Origin: a virus
Taxonomy: Duplodnaviria; Caudoviricetes
IMG/VR virus record: IMGVR_UViG_2671180233_000001
Coordinates: 1 to 64,000 of that record
DNA length: 64,000 bases
Reading direction: 5' to 3' (one strand)
Part shown: piece after piece, positions 19,160-28,494 of the stretch
How the letters are laid out: each line of letters begins with the position of its first letter
Numbering within the stretch: the stretch's first letter is position 1
Notes under the pieces: model-generated
Database searches by the model: none
Told to the model about the DNA's origin: nothing
Seen by the model: the letters and a program-made list of their open reading frames with translations, nothing else
Made by a program: the position numbers and the translations under genes

Positions 19160-19760
19160 TTTACAAATTTTTGGAAATTTATTTCAAGTTGATTTTCCGG
19201 TTGAAATTGCCGATGGTGTCTTGGGGCGTATGCAAGCTTTGTATGGCGATGGCTTTGAAAAACACTACGGGAACATGTCACCGGCTGAGTTACAGAATCT
19301 AGCTTGTAGCGTACTGAATGGCTTGACACAGCAAGACATTGCACGTGGTTTGCTTCGCATGAACAATGAAAAGTGGTGTCCGAAATTACCAGAGTTTCGC
19401 TCATGGTGTGTTTCAGGCGGTGAATGGTGGACGGCAGACCATGCTTGGGCTAGAGCTATGATTTTTATGAATGACAGGTCAAAACCAATTACCACAATTG
19501 CCAAAGATTCACTTGATGAAGTTCGGTTGATTTTGGAAAACGAAGGCCAGAAAGCCGCTCATTTTGCATTTCGTGATATTTATCATGACTATCTTCAACG
19601 TGCAAAATTGGCAGGTGAATCACAGCAATTTTGGGAAAAAGCTAAAAAGAAAGATCAGAAAACTATCGAAAATAATCCTGAAAAGCATCATTCACCAGAA
19701 CAAAAAGTTGATGTGCATTCAATGATGGAACAGGCATACGCCAAGGTGGGTAAAGTATGA
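19152..19760 (+). CDS. Replication protein P-like (helicase loader position)
   Basis: Follows the initiator; RGL......W.PKLPEFRSWC motif. Confidence 0.6.
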   Translation: MSNLQIFGNLFQVDFPVEIADGVLGRMQALYGDGFEKHYGNMSPAELQNLACSVLNGLTQQDIARGLLRMNNEKWCPKLPEFRSWCVSGGEWWTADHAWARAMIFMNDRSKPITTIAKDSLDEVRLILENEGQKAAHFAFRDIYHDYLQRAKLAGESQQFWEKAKKKDQKTIENNPEKHHSPEQKVDVHSMMEQAYAKVGKV

Positions 19761-20158
19761 ATAGTCTGGAAGCTTGTCTATCAGAAATAGAGAAAATTGA
19801 TACTCAAAATAATTTGAGTATCAAAATGAATAGCCTATGTCAGGAAGCATTTGAACGATATGAAGCAAAAAAATGTAATGTGCCATATGAGGAACTAAAG
19901 CAAAAACTTGATGAAGCAGAAAACTTTTTTGGTTACAGATATATCCCTTCAAGCCCTCACAATAACGATTGGTTGATTTGGTTGGCATCATGGCAGACAA
20001 GGCAAAAACTTTTTGAAAAAGCCTATGAGGAAATTGATTGCAAGATTTCAACTGATTCTCAACTTGTTACTAACTCATGTGCAGATGAATTTTTGGGAGT
20101 AGATGCAAATGAGACGGCAGAATTTATTAAAAAAATCATGCTGAGTGAGGAAGAATGA
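19757..20158 (+). CDS. Hypothetical phage protein
   Basis: ATGA-coupled ORF. Confidence 0.6.
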   Translation: MNSLEACLSEIEKIDTQNNLSIKMNSLCQEAFERYEAKKCNVPYEELKQKLDEAENFFGYRYIPSSPHNNDWLIWLASWQTRQKLFEKAYEEIDCKISTDSQLVTNSCADEFLGVDANETAEFIKKIMLSEEE

Positions 20159-20346
20159 AACGAAAACTCAAACAACGTGCGAACCAGCAACGGCGGCAAC
20201 AGCGTAGCATTCAGGCAATGATGAACAAAACTCATAAAACTCATTGCCCACATGGATTTGACATTGCTTGTCTCATTTGCGGCTTTGGTGAGCAAGAAGA
20301 TAAACGGGTTTGGCATCACCAATATCGAGAGGTTGAAGTTGAGTAG
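20155..20346 (+). CDS. Small basic Cys/His protein
   Basis: CPHG....CLIC; ATGA-coupled. Confidence 0.5.
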   Translation: MKRKLKQRANQQRRQQRSIQAMMNKTHKTHCPHGFDIACLICGFGEQEDKRVWHHQYREVEVE

Positions 20347-21010
20347 AACACGGCACAATTGGACCAACTTTTTTAAATCAAAAGGCAAATCTTTGGAAGA
20401 TCCTTTTGCTGTACCCAAAACCAAACGGAATGCTCGCCAAAAAAATGCATTGAATATTAAACGGATTGTACCTTTTGAATGCACAAGTCAAGTGATAGAC
20501 GGTGATACGCACTATGTCTCTAACAACGATGCACATTTAATTTTAGGTGATAGTTTTATCATTCTCAAATTACCTTATGGTTTAAGCGTAAATGAAATCT
20601 GGCGGGCCACTATCGATGAACGAGGTGTACAACGAAACAGTTTGAGTTTATCTGCCCGTAATTATAAGCGTAATGTCCATAATATTTATAAGCCGCTACT
20701 TGATCATATTGAATTTAAGAAAATCAATGAATTATGCGAGGTACGTTTAATAGCCCAACCACCAGTTAAGACAAAGAATTACTCTGCAAAGACGTATCCA
20801 CGTTATGACATCGACAACTATCCAAAGTTGATCATAGATTCATTAAAGGATTTGGTCTTTAAAGATGACAATATTTTTATTCATGAACAAATTCAATTGG
20901 CCAAACCCATAGAAAACGGCTGTGTATGGGTTTCATGTGTATTTATGCAAGAACAATCACAGGACTGGTTAAACCGTTCTGTTGATTTCAGTTGGTTAGC
21001 GGGGCGATAA
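20252..21010 (+). CDS. rusA: RusA-family Holliday junction resolvase with N-terminal extension
   Basis: LPY..SVN..WR and DIDNYPK...DSL......DD catalytic aspartates; start uncertain. Confidence 0.8.
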   Translation: MDLTLLVSFAALVSKKINGFGITNIERLKLSRTRHNWTNFFKSKGKSLEDPFAVPKTKRNARQKNALNIKRIVPFECTSQVIDGDTHYVSNNDAHLILGDSFIILKLPYGLSVNEIWRATIDERGVQRNSLSLSARNYKRNVHNIYKPLLDHIEFKKINELCEVRLIAQPPVKTKNYSAKTYPRYDIDNYPKLIIDSLKDLVFKDDNIFIHEQIQLAKPIENGCVWVSCVFMQEQSQDWLNRSVDFSWLAGR

Positions 21011-21012
21011 AA

Positions 21013-21693
21013 ATGGCTTTTAAATCCAGTGATGAACGACGTAGATTAATCGGTTTAAAATTATCTGAGGCGAGAAAACTTGCAAAATATACTCAATCTG
21101 AAGTAATGAAAGAAATCTTTAATACTCGGAACCCAACACAAAAAAATCGGATTAGTGAAATTGAAAATGGAAAGGTTTTACCTGATGCTGAGTTATTGGT
21201 AGAGCTTTGCTTATTGTACGGCGTTTCCTGTGACTGGATTCTTGGTTTTACCGTAGAGCCTGAAATTGATATCAATGCTAGTCGAGTTGGTATCTTATAC
21301 AACGGTACACATCGTATGCTATCTGAAAGTATTCAACGCATTGTAGAGGCATTTTCTGAGATTGGTGCGGCCCATATGTCGAAATTACCTAATTCGTGTT
21401 TTCTTGAATTGGTTGAACAAGCAAGAAATGTAGTAACACAGGTCCGGACTGGGAAATTTAGAAAGGAAGATTTTGATAATTTTGCAGCACTGGTAAAAGA
21501 GTGTGACATTAAACTCGCTCAACAAGTTTCAGCCAATCTCAAGTTACTGGATAATCTGGTTGAGCGTAGTGATGAAATCGTAACGGAATCTCTTGAAGCC
21601 GGCTGTGATGCAGCAATGAAAAAAACCACTTCAAAATCTAAAGTAACTCATGAGTATGTGCAGCAATTAGACGTGTTTGAGGAAATTAATTAA
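21013..21693 (+). CDS. XRE-family HTH regulator (candidate late regulator)
   Basis: RISEIENG..LPD...LYGVSCDWILG; sits at the early/late junction. Confidence 0.75.
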   Translation: MAFKSSDERRRLIGLKLSEARKLAKYTQSEVMKEIFNTRNPTQKNRISEIENGKVLPDAELLVELCLLYGVSCDWILGFTVEPEIDINASRVGILYNGTHRMLSESIQRIVEAFSEIGAAHMSKLPNSCFLELVEQARNVVTQVRTGKFRKEDFDNFAALVKECDIKLAQQVSANLKLLDNLVERSDEIVTESLEAGCDAAMKKTTSKSKVTHEYVQQLDVFEEIN

Positions 21694-22559
21694 TGGCCTC
21701 AAAAAAAAGTTATTCTGATGAAGTTTGGAACATGCTTCACTTGGTATGGGAGTCATCACCTAAAATCACATGGCAGGCTCTTGCTGATCAGGTAAGTGAA
21801 AAACTTGGTCGTGAAGTCCCTGCATCTTCTGTAATTCGTCGCCGTGCGATTTCAGAGGGCTGGAAGAAAAATATCTCATCTTTGGTTGGCAAAGATGCTC
21901 AATCCCTTAATGATGAAATTGAAAAACAGGGTGGTCATAAAAACTCTCATGACAATGACCCTGTCAAATCTGACACTTCAAAAAATGACAGTGAATGTCA
22001 AAATGACATTAAAAATGACAATCAAAAGTCAAAAAAATCAAAAACAAAAGATAATGACATTATCGTATTTGATAAAGAATCTGCTGGCCGGGAAAAATTA
22101 ATCCACGATATCAAAGAAAGAAAACTCACAGCGGCAAAGGTCGTTCGTAAAACCCGTAATAATTTGGCAAAATTAAGCCATTTCATTACAGATACTTTAG
22201 ATAGTCTTGGGGGTGTCAGAGATGAATTGCAGTCTATGGATGTGATGACCGCTGGTGAAGCAGAGATCAATGCGATTAAATTTAAAATGTCCGTTACTTC
22301 ACAGATGATCGAGCAAAACCTTAAACAGAGTATTACCATTGCCAATGTTGCTAGAACCGAGGCCATGTTCTGGGGGCTTGAAGTTGAGGACCTAAAAGAT
22401 CAGAGCGAGCAGGAAGCCAAGCGCACGGCTGTTATGAATCAATCTACTGCCAAGTTGGAAGAAGCCAAACGACAAATGAAAGAGAAGAAGAAAGAAGCAT
22501 TCAAAAGGCAGCTTGAATACATTGAAATGGGCAAGGAAATCGAGGAAAATGGACAGTAG
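21693..22559 (+). CDS. Putative terminase small subunit (PacA-like)
   Basis: N-terminal HTH ending IRRRA..EGWKK, helical C-terminus, internal TGACA repeat cluster; function inferred. Confidence 0.55.
   Translation: MASKKSYSDEVWNMLHLVWESSPKITWQALADQVSEKLGREVPASSVIRRRAISEGWKKNISSLVGKDAQSLNDEIEKQGGHKNSHDNDPVKSDTSKNDSECQNDIKNDNQKSKKSKTKDNDIIVFDKESAGREKLIHDIKERKLTAAKVVRKTRNNLAKLSHFITDTLDSLGGVRDELQSMDVMTAGEAEINAIKFKMSVTSQMIEQNLKQSITIANVARTEAMFWGLEVEDLKDQSEQEAKRTAVMNQSTAKLEEAKRQMKEKKKEAFKRQLEYIEMGKEIEENGQ
21949..22059. repeat. TGACA/TGTCA repeat cluster, candidate pac site
   Basis: TGACA at 21950, 21971, 21986, 22004, 22016 and 22055; TGTCA at 21962 and 21996. Confidence 0.55.
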
Positions 22560-22757
22560 ATTAAGTAATAACCATATGTTAAGTACATTATCAAAAATAG
22601 TTATCAACTTTGATAAATTTGATTTCTAAAGATTTCTGATCATAGAATTAAGATTCTAAGACAAGTTCTATAATTATTAAGTTAGGTTGATAGTTCCTTT
22701 GATAAGTTGATACACATCAATATGTAATAATTAATTTAAATTTATGGAGTATTTACT

Positions 22758-23402
22758 GTGATAGTCGAGAAAATAAAACAAGCAAGCATGGTAGACTTAA
22801 TATCAATAATTACACCTATAATACTTATTATTGGTTTAATGAATAAAATTGGTATTTATACTTCTAATGAGATTAATTCAAGTTGGATTTTATCTTTTTT
22901 TTCGCCTATTGAATTTATGATTTCCGATCTCGAGGTGTACATATATTATGCTATAGCAATATTTTATTTAGAAAAAGTTATATTTACAACCGATAGAAGT
23001 TTTATGGTTGAGTTTTTAAATGCAAATCTTATGTTGATTTCCTCATTTGGTGGACTTTCTTTATTATATTTTTTTCAAGAAAAATCAATTAGTACAATAT
23101 TTAATACTTATTTGTATATTGCATTAAGCTTAAATGGAATAGGAATACTATTTCTCAGCAAAAAATTCGGTAAAATAATTGGCTTAATTTTAATACTTAT
23201 TGTTCCATACAAATTGGGTGTTGCACATGCACATAAACTATCAACTAAAAGTTTGCCAATAGTTGAGATTACAGACTCACATCAATGGTTCTTACTGGAT
23301 AAATATTCTGACAATGTAATTCTTATAAATAAATCTGATAAAGAAAATAGATTTAAATTTATTGATATAAAAGATATAGACTCTGTTAAACAAGTATTTT
23401 AG
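22758..23402 (+). CDS. AT-rich multi-TM membrane protein (moron)
   Basis: About five hydrophobic segments; GGAG SD; very low GC. Confidence 0.7.
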   Translation: MIVEKIKQASMVDLISIITPIILIIGLMNKIGIYTSNEINSSWILSFFSPIEFMISDLEVYIYYAIAIFYLEKVIFTTDRSFMVEFLNANLMLISSFGGLSLLYFFQEKSISTIFNTYLYIALSLNGIGILFLSKKFGKIIGLILILIVPYKLGVAHAHKLSTKSLPIVEITDSHQWFLLDKYSDNVILINKSDKENRFKFIDIKDIDSVKQVF

Positions 23403-23409
23403 ATTTTAA

Positions 23410-23513
23410 TAGACCTCTTGCGTAAATCAAATCTTGACCAGTAAGATTCTATGTTCTATGAGAGATTGTGAAAGTTGAAAATCGATTGAAATAACACTTT
23501 CGCAAGAGGTCTA
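23410..23513. mobile_element. MITE-like remnant with perfect 13-bp terminal inverted repeats
   Basis: TAGACCTCTTGCG (23410-23422) and CGCAAGAGGTCTA (23501-23513). Confidence 0.45.
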
Positions 23514-23604
23514 ATTTATTTTATTAAATCAGAATTTATTAAGTACAGATTCAGTTTGATTTTAATTTAAAATAAGAGTTAAGTTATAATATTAATTGTC
23601 GTTT

Positions 23605-23799
23605 CTATTCCTTAAACGTCTCATACAAAGCCTGTTGAACAGCATCAACCCTTGATTTGCAGGCTTTATATGCTTGCATGGATTCTTCAACGATTTTCAT
23701 CAGGTTATCAATGTCTGGTTCTTCCTGAGATTCAAGTAGGGCAGCATTTTTCTTTAAAATTTCGTAGCCTTCTTTAAAAGTAAGTTCTTTATTGGTCAT
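23605..23799 (-). CDS. xseB: Exodeoxyribonuclease VII small subunit
   Basis: LTF.E.Y..L......LE pattern; coupled to xseA. Confidence 0.85.
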   Translation of the reverse strand: MTNKELTFKEGYEILKKNAALLESQEEPDIDNLMKIVEESMQAYKACKSRVDAVQQALYETFKE

Positions 23800-25069
23800 T
23801 GTCGATTACCTTGTTAACTGTTGCTTGGATCTGACCATCTTGCATTTCAATTGAAATATCAGTGCCAGAAATTTGGTGAATTGATCTGATAGCTTTGCCG
23901 TTACTGCGTACGATTCCATAGCCTTTTGCCAGTACATTTCTAGGATTCTGTAGTAGTGTTTCACGCATTAAGGATTCTACGTTGCTATTAGCGATTTTGA
24001 TCTGTTGCTGGGCAAAATAATGTGTCGTACCTTTCATCAACTCCAGGTTTTTGGTTGCCATTGAAATTTGATTTTGGACCACGGTTTTGATTGTACCGAT
24101 CAATTGCTCATTCTTATTCTGGTAATTGGCAATATGATGCTGGGAAAGTAACTTTATGGACTGTATGAAAGTAATGACTTCCTGAGCACGATCAGCGATT
24201 TGATTGCGTATACCGGCAATTACCTTGCTGGGCGTGTCGAAAGAGCGATGTGCAATTTCATCTAATATTGTCCGGTCTTTCTCATGACCAATGCCGACCC
24301 AGATTGGCACAGTTCGTTTGCACAATAAAGCGGCAAGGTCATAGTCATTCAGATACGCCAAATCATTGACTGCACCGCCTCCGCGAATAATCACAATCAG
24401 GTCTGGTGGTGTACCATCATAATCTTTTACCCATTGGCGCAAGCCCGAGCTTAAGGACTCAATAATGCTGACAGCAGCTGTATTGCCTTGAAATGTGGCG
24501 GAATGATATACGAAATGACACACACCGGCTTTATCTAAAGCATCAGCATCTTTTTTGAAATCACCCAAGCCGGCGGCATTTTGTGGAGCAATGACCAAGA
24601 CATTTTGAATATCAAATGGGACAGGGAGAAGCTTATTTTTATTAATTAAACCTTCTTCCGTCAATCGAGCGACAATTTGCTGGTATCGTTTTGCAATATC
24701 GCCGAGTGTAAAACTGGAATCGATGTCCTCAATATTAAGTGAAAATCCATATTGTGGGTCAAATCGTGCTTTGACTTTAATGAGAACGTTCAAATCTTTG
24801 GATAATTCAATACCGCTTTCACGTTGAAATCTTAAAACAATCTTACTTGTATGTTTCCAGATCGTTGCCCTACAACTTGCAATAACCTTATCTGTATCTT
24901 CTTCTTTTTCTGCTAATTCCAGATAATAATGTCCACCTTTTACACTTAGATTCCGGATCTCGGCTTTAACCCATACAGCTTCATCAAATGAAATCTGAAT
25001 GACTTCCTTAATCGCGCTAAGGTATTCAGTTAATGAGAGTTGTTGATCTGGCATGTGTGTTGATGGCAT
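23789..25069 (-). CDS. xseA: Exodeoxyribonuclease VII large subunit
   Basis: OB-fold GHYYLEL, IIRGGG, GIGHEKD, TPS and LAKGY motifs. Confidence 0.95.
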   Translation of the reverse strand: MPSTHMPDQQLSLTEYLSAIKEVIQISFDEAVWVKAEIRNLSVKGGHYYLELAEKEEDTDKVIASCRATIWKHTSKIVLRFQRESGIELSKDLNVLIKVKARFDPQYGFSLNIEDIDSSFTLGDIAKRYQQIVARLTEEGLINKNKLLPVPFDIQNVLVIAPQNAAGLGDFKKDADALDKAGVCHFVYHSATFQGNTAAVSIIESLSSGLRQWVKDYDGTPPDLIVIIRGGGAVNDLAYLNDYDLAALLCKRTVPIWVGIGHEKDRTILDEIAHRSFDTPSKVIAGIRNQIADRAQEVITFIQSIKLLSQHHIANYQNKNEQLIGTIKTVVQNQISMATKNLELMKGTTHYFAQQQIKIANSNVESLMRETLLQNPRNVLAKGYGIVRSNGKAIRSIHQISGTDISIEMQDGQIQATVNKVIDNDQ

Positions 25070-25132
25070 ATAAATAATTTATCAATAGTATAAGACCTGA
25101 AAATCAGTTACAAGGATTTTGAAATAATGGGA

Positions 25133-25197
25133 TGGAACTGGCAACATTTTTCATTAAATCCATGGCTTAACCTATACCTAATTTAAACGTAGGGTAG
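25133..25197 (+). promoter_or_regulatory. Late promoter element 1 (TGGAAC-N29-TAACCT) with RBS hairpin
   Basis: TGGAAC at 25133, -10 at 25168, imperfect hairpin 25172-25197. Confidence 0.7.
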
Positions 25198-27260
25198 TGC
25201 CTTTTATGGCTATAGGTGATAGTGGTTTACAATATGATAACCAAGGCTTTCTGATTGGTGCGGTTCAGCAAAAAGTTGAAACTATTGATAAGAATATTCT
25301 GGAAATCTTAAAGCTGCTTAGGCATGACACAGTAGAACAAACACAGCGATTTAAGATTAGCCGGTTGCAGCGTGCGATGTATGAAGCTAACTCGGCTAAG
25401 AACATTGAAGATATTATAAAAGATGCAACACAAATATTAGAAAATCAGTCTAAACAACAGATCAAAGCCATTTCTAATATGGACTCATCTAAATCTGATC
25501 AAATTGATCCAGTCCGAAATAATACTAATCAAACTAAACCTGTGGAATCAACAAGAGACAATACTCAACAGTCTGATAGAAAAAGGGACAGTAACGGTCG
25601 TTTTGTTGCTGGTGATGTTCCTGAGAGTGATGAAACTGTAGACAAACGCAATCGTGATGATAAAGGGCGATTTGTCCCTGGCACCTCAACAACAATTTCA
25701 AAGTTTGGCGATATAGTTGGGAAATTTGGACAGGCAGTATCTGGATTAGGTACAGATGCACAAGGTTTTGATCCAACGGTTGATGCAATAAATGAACTAG
25801 GTACCGTTTTGTCGCCAGTTAAACGAATGGCTGGAATAGTATTTAAGCCTTTGACCGGTTTGGCGAAGATGCGTAAACGTTCTGAACCATTGCCGAAAGA
25901 GCAAACTGATCATAATAAGAAACAACTTAAGATTTTGCAGCGTATCGCAGATCGCACGGGCAATAATCAGGGTGGCTTATTATCCAAACTATTGGGATCG
26001 GGTGGTGGTTTACTTGGCGGATTGTTGGGTAAAGGAGGAAAAGTATTATCCAAGATATTAAAGTTTGGTAAAGGATTACCAATTGTTGGTGGATTGCTCA
26101 GTGCCATAAGTTTGATGGATTGGGGGGATAAATCTACTGAACAGAAAGGAGGTGCAATAGGCTCTATTGGGGGCGGTGTTGTTGGAGGTGTTTTAGGATC
26201 GGTTCTTGGTCCAGCCGGTACAATTGTAGGTGCTGGTGTTGGTGCTTGGATTGGTGACAAGCTGGGAACAACAGTTGCACCTTATTTCAAGAATTGGACT
26301 GATTCTTTGATCAAATCAGATTTAGGTCAAAAAATCGTATCTATCTGGGATGGATTTGTAGATACAATTTCTGGGTGGTTTGATAAGGCTTGGGGCGGAC
26401 TAAAATCTGGTGCTGGTGCAATTGGAGGTATGTTTAATGGTGCCTGGCAAACTGTTAAAAATATAGGCAATAAAGGACTGGATACCATTGGATTTAATGA
26501 CTATAAGGCTCTAGAGGGAGGAAATGCCCAAGAAAAGACCATGGCTTTATTGAGACAACATGAAGGTTTTCGTGAAAAAGCATATTGGGATGTGAATGCA
26601 TATCGAACTGGTTATGGCAGTGATACTGTAACAGATAAGAATGGAAATGTTCGTAAAGTTACTTCTAATACAAAGGTTTCTAGGGAAGATGCTGAGAGAG
26701 ACTTGTTAAGACGTTCAAAAATTTTTGCAGCCCAAGCAAGGCGTAAAGTTGGTGGTGAAAATTGGGATAAGCTACCAGATGATGCGAAAGCAGCTTTGAC
26801 TTCGGTTGCCTACAATTACGGAAGTTTGCCAAAAAGTGTTACTAAAGCTGTTCAAACTGGGGACTTAAAAAGAATTTCTAACTCTGTTCAATCTCTAGGT
26901 GCACATAATAAAGGCATTAATAGAAAAAGACGTAACCACGAGTCTTTATTGATTCATAATGCTAAAGATAGTTCTGTTTCTACATCTCAAGTTCAGCATG
27001 GTTTATTGGCATCGACAAATAAAACAAATACTCCATTTGTTGCAAAGGCAGATACTATGCTTGCGACTGCTAACCCAGTAAATTTGAATAACCATACAGC
27101 TAAAGCAAATACACCTAAGATTGAAACAGCCAAAACTAGATTAAATTCTACCGATCCACAAAAAGTATTGGTGGTAAATCAGTCAGATGGTAGTATTACC
27201 CAAAATTTAGGCGATCGTGCTTTAGCACACGCAATTACAGGGGGAATTGGGGAAAGATGA
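25197..27260 (+). CDS. Tape-measure-like virion protein with lysozyme domain
   Basis: Gly-rich TM-like tract; HEGFREKAYWD...TGYG and AYNYG lysozyme motifs; two RDxxGRF motifs. Confidence 0.75.
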   Translation: MPFMAIGDSGLQYDNQGFLIGAVQQKVETIDKNILEILKLLRHDTVEQTQRFKISRLQRAMYEANSAKNIEDIIKDATQILENQSKQQIKAISNMDSSKSDQIDPVRNNTNQTKPVESTRDNTQQSDRKRDSNGRFVAGDVPESDETVDKRNRDDKGRFVPGTSTTISKFGDIVGKFGQAVSGLGTDAQGFDPTVDAINELGTVLSPVKRMAGIVFKPLTGLAKMRKRSEPLPKEQTDHNKKQLKILQRIADRTGNNQGGLLSKLLGSGGGLLGGLLGKGGKVLSKILKFGKGLPIVGGLLSAISLMDWGDKSTEQKGGAIGSIGGGVVGGVLGSVLGPAGTIVGAGVGAWIGDKLGTTVAPYFKNWTDSLIKSDLGQKIVSIWDGFVDTISGWFDKAWGGLKSGAGAIGGMFNGAWQTVKNIGNKGLDTIGFNDYKALEGGNAQEKTMALLRQHEGFREKAYWDVNAYRTGYGSDTVTDKNGNVRKVTSNTKVSREDAERDLLRRSKIFAAQARRKVGGENWDKLPDDAKAALTSVAYNYGSLPKSVTKAVQTGDLKRISNSVQSLGAHNKGINRKRRNHESLLIHNAKDSSVSTSQVQHGLLASTNKTNTPFVAKADTMLATANPVNLNNHTAKANTPKIETAKTRLNSTDPQKVLVVNQSDGSITQNLGDRALAHAITGGIGER

Positions 27261-28174
27261 ATAAAAAAATACTTTTAGGTTTGATATTGGGTTGCTTAAA
27301 TTCATTTGCGGTTGGGAGCTCAAATGATATTGACCAGAGATTTTATAATAATATTTTATCAAATTTAGATAATCCATATAGAATCATTACAATCAAAAAA
27401 GAATCTTTAAACAATGTTGAAAGAACTGTAATAAATTATGCTATTCGGAACTTTAAAAAGGATTTTGTAGAGTGTAATGGTAAATCATATATTCGTGGTA
27501 TAGATAAGGTTTATTATGTTGTTGATTATAAGCCAACAATTTTATTTCGAACATTTCCTACAATCAATAAAGCTGATAAGTTGAATGGCGTGGTGTGGCG
27601 CGGGGATATATTAATATTCTTATCAGGTAATAAAGGAGAAGGAGTAGCCCAAGAAGTAAAAGCTACCGATCATCAGTCTTCTAAATGGCAAGATATGAAT
27701 AGACTTAGGTTGAGTCAATTTGGAAATTTTGAAGATGTGTATAGAGGAACCTTAGTTTTTTATAAAAATGAAATACGTACATATTATGGGGATGGGATAG
27801 GTAACACTAAATCTAATGATAATAATCAGTTGGTATGTTCAGATATTAATCAACTACTGATGCCTGAGCAAAAGCATGAAACTAATATTGAAAGTGAAAA
27901 AAAATTAAATTTGGATGGTAAAGTCAGCTGGAGAACTTACCCAAAAATAAGGCTTTCTCAGCCAGATTTATTAGGCGTAACAAACAGTAATGTGATAGTT
28001 CGTGTTGATGTTGACGTAAAGGGGCGAATAAGTGCAAAAATTCTTGAAACCAGTGGCGATGATCAGGTTGATAAAAAAATTGTAAAAGCTGTTGAGGCTG
28101 CAAAATTTAATAAATACACTGAAAATGGAGAGCCTGCAGCATTTTATATAGAATTACCATTTAATTTAAGTTAA
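27257..28174 (+). CDS. Exported protein with C-terminal TonB-C domain (moron)
   Basis: Signal peptide; V.VDVKGRI...ILETSG...VD.....AV..A.F...LPF motif. Confidence 0.75.
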   Translation: MNKKILLGLILGCLNSFAVGSSNDIDQRFYNNILSNLDNPYRIITIKKESLNNVERTVINYAIRNFKKDFVECNGKSYIRGIDKVYYVVDYKPTILFRTFPTINKADKLNGVVWRGDILIFLSGNKGEGVAQEVKATDHQSSKWQDMNRLRLSQFGNFEDVYRGTLVFYKNEIRTYYGDGIGNTKSNDNNQLVCSDINQLLMPEQKHETNIESEKKLNLDGKVSWRTYPKIRLSQPDLLGVTNSNVIVRVDVDVKGRISAKILETSGDDQVDKKIVKAVEAAKFNKYTENGEPAAFYIELPFNLS

Positions 28175-28340
28175 GAGATGGCAAAGCAATAACCTAGCTT
28201 AAAACTGATGTTTGATTGAAGCTGGAAAATCAGTTTCAAGCCAAAATTTCATTGCTAAGAGTGGATATGTTAAATTTGAGGATTCATTTATTAATTAAGA
28301 GAAAGTTATCTTGGTTTAGTCACTCAGAAAACTCTTAGTT

Positions 28341-28475
28341 TTGTTATAATATAGTAATTTTAAATTTCTAGCTTTATTTTTTCAATTACAAATAAAATAG
28401 CAGGTAGGCAAACCATTCCCGCTTAGTCGCTGTTAAAAAGCTAGAAATTTAAACCTATGGGATATCCACAGGTGC
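28341..28475 (+). promoter_or_regulatory. Extended -10 promoter (TGTTATAAT) followed by a structured leader with a perfect 17-bp stem
   Basis: TTTAAATTTCTAGCTTT (28359-28375) and AAAGCTAGAAATTTAAA (28437-28453). Confidence 0.6.
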
Positions 28476-28494
28476 AATTTTGATAGGGTGTTAA

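Noticed and set aside
22588-22712. Repeated TTATCAA/TTGATAA motifs and AT-rich inverted repeats (also ~29797-29867)
   Set aside because: Too AT-rich and irregular to separate from chance without homologue comparison
28359-28453. Retron msr-msd (a1/a2 repeats)
   Set aside because: No reverse transcriptase in the window and no long msd hairpin
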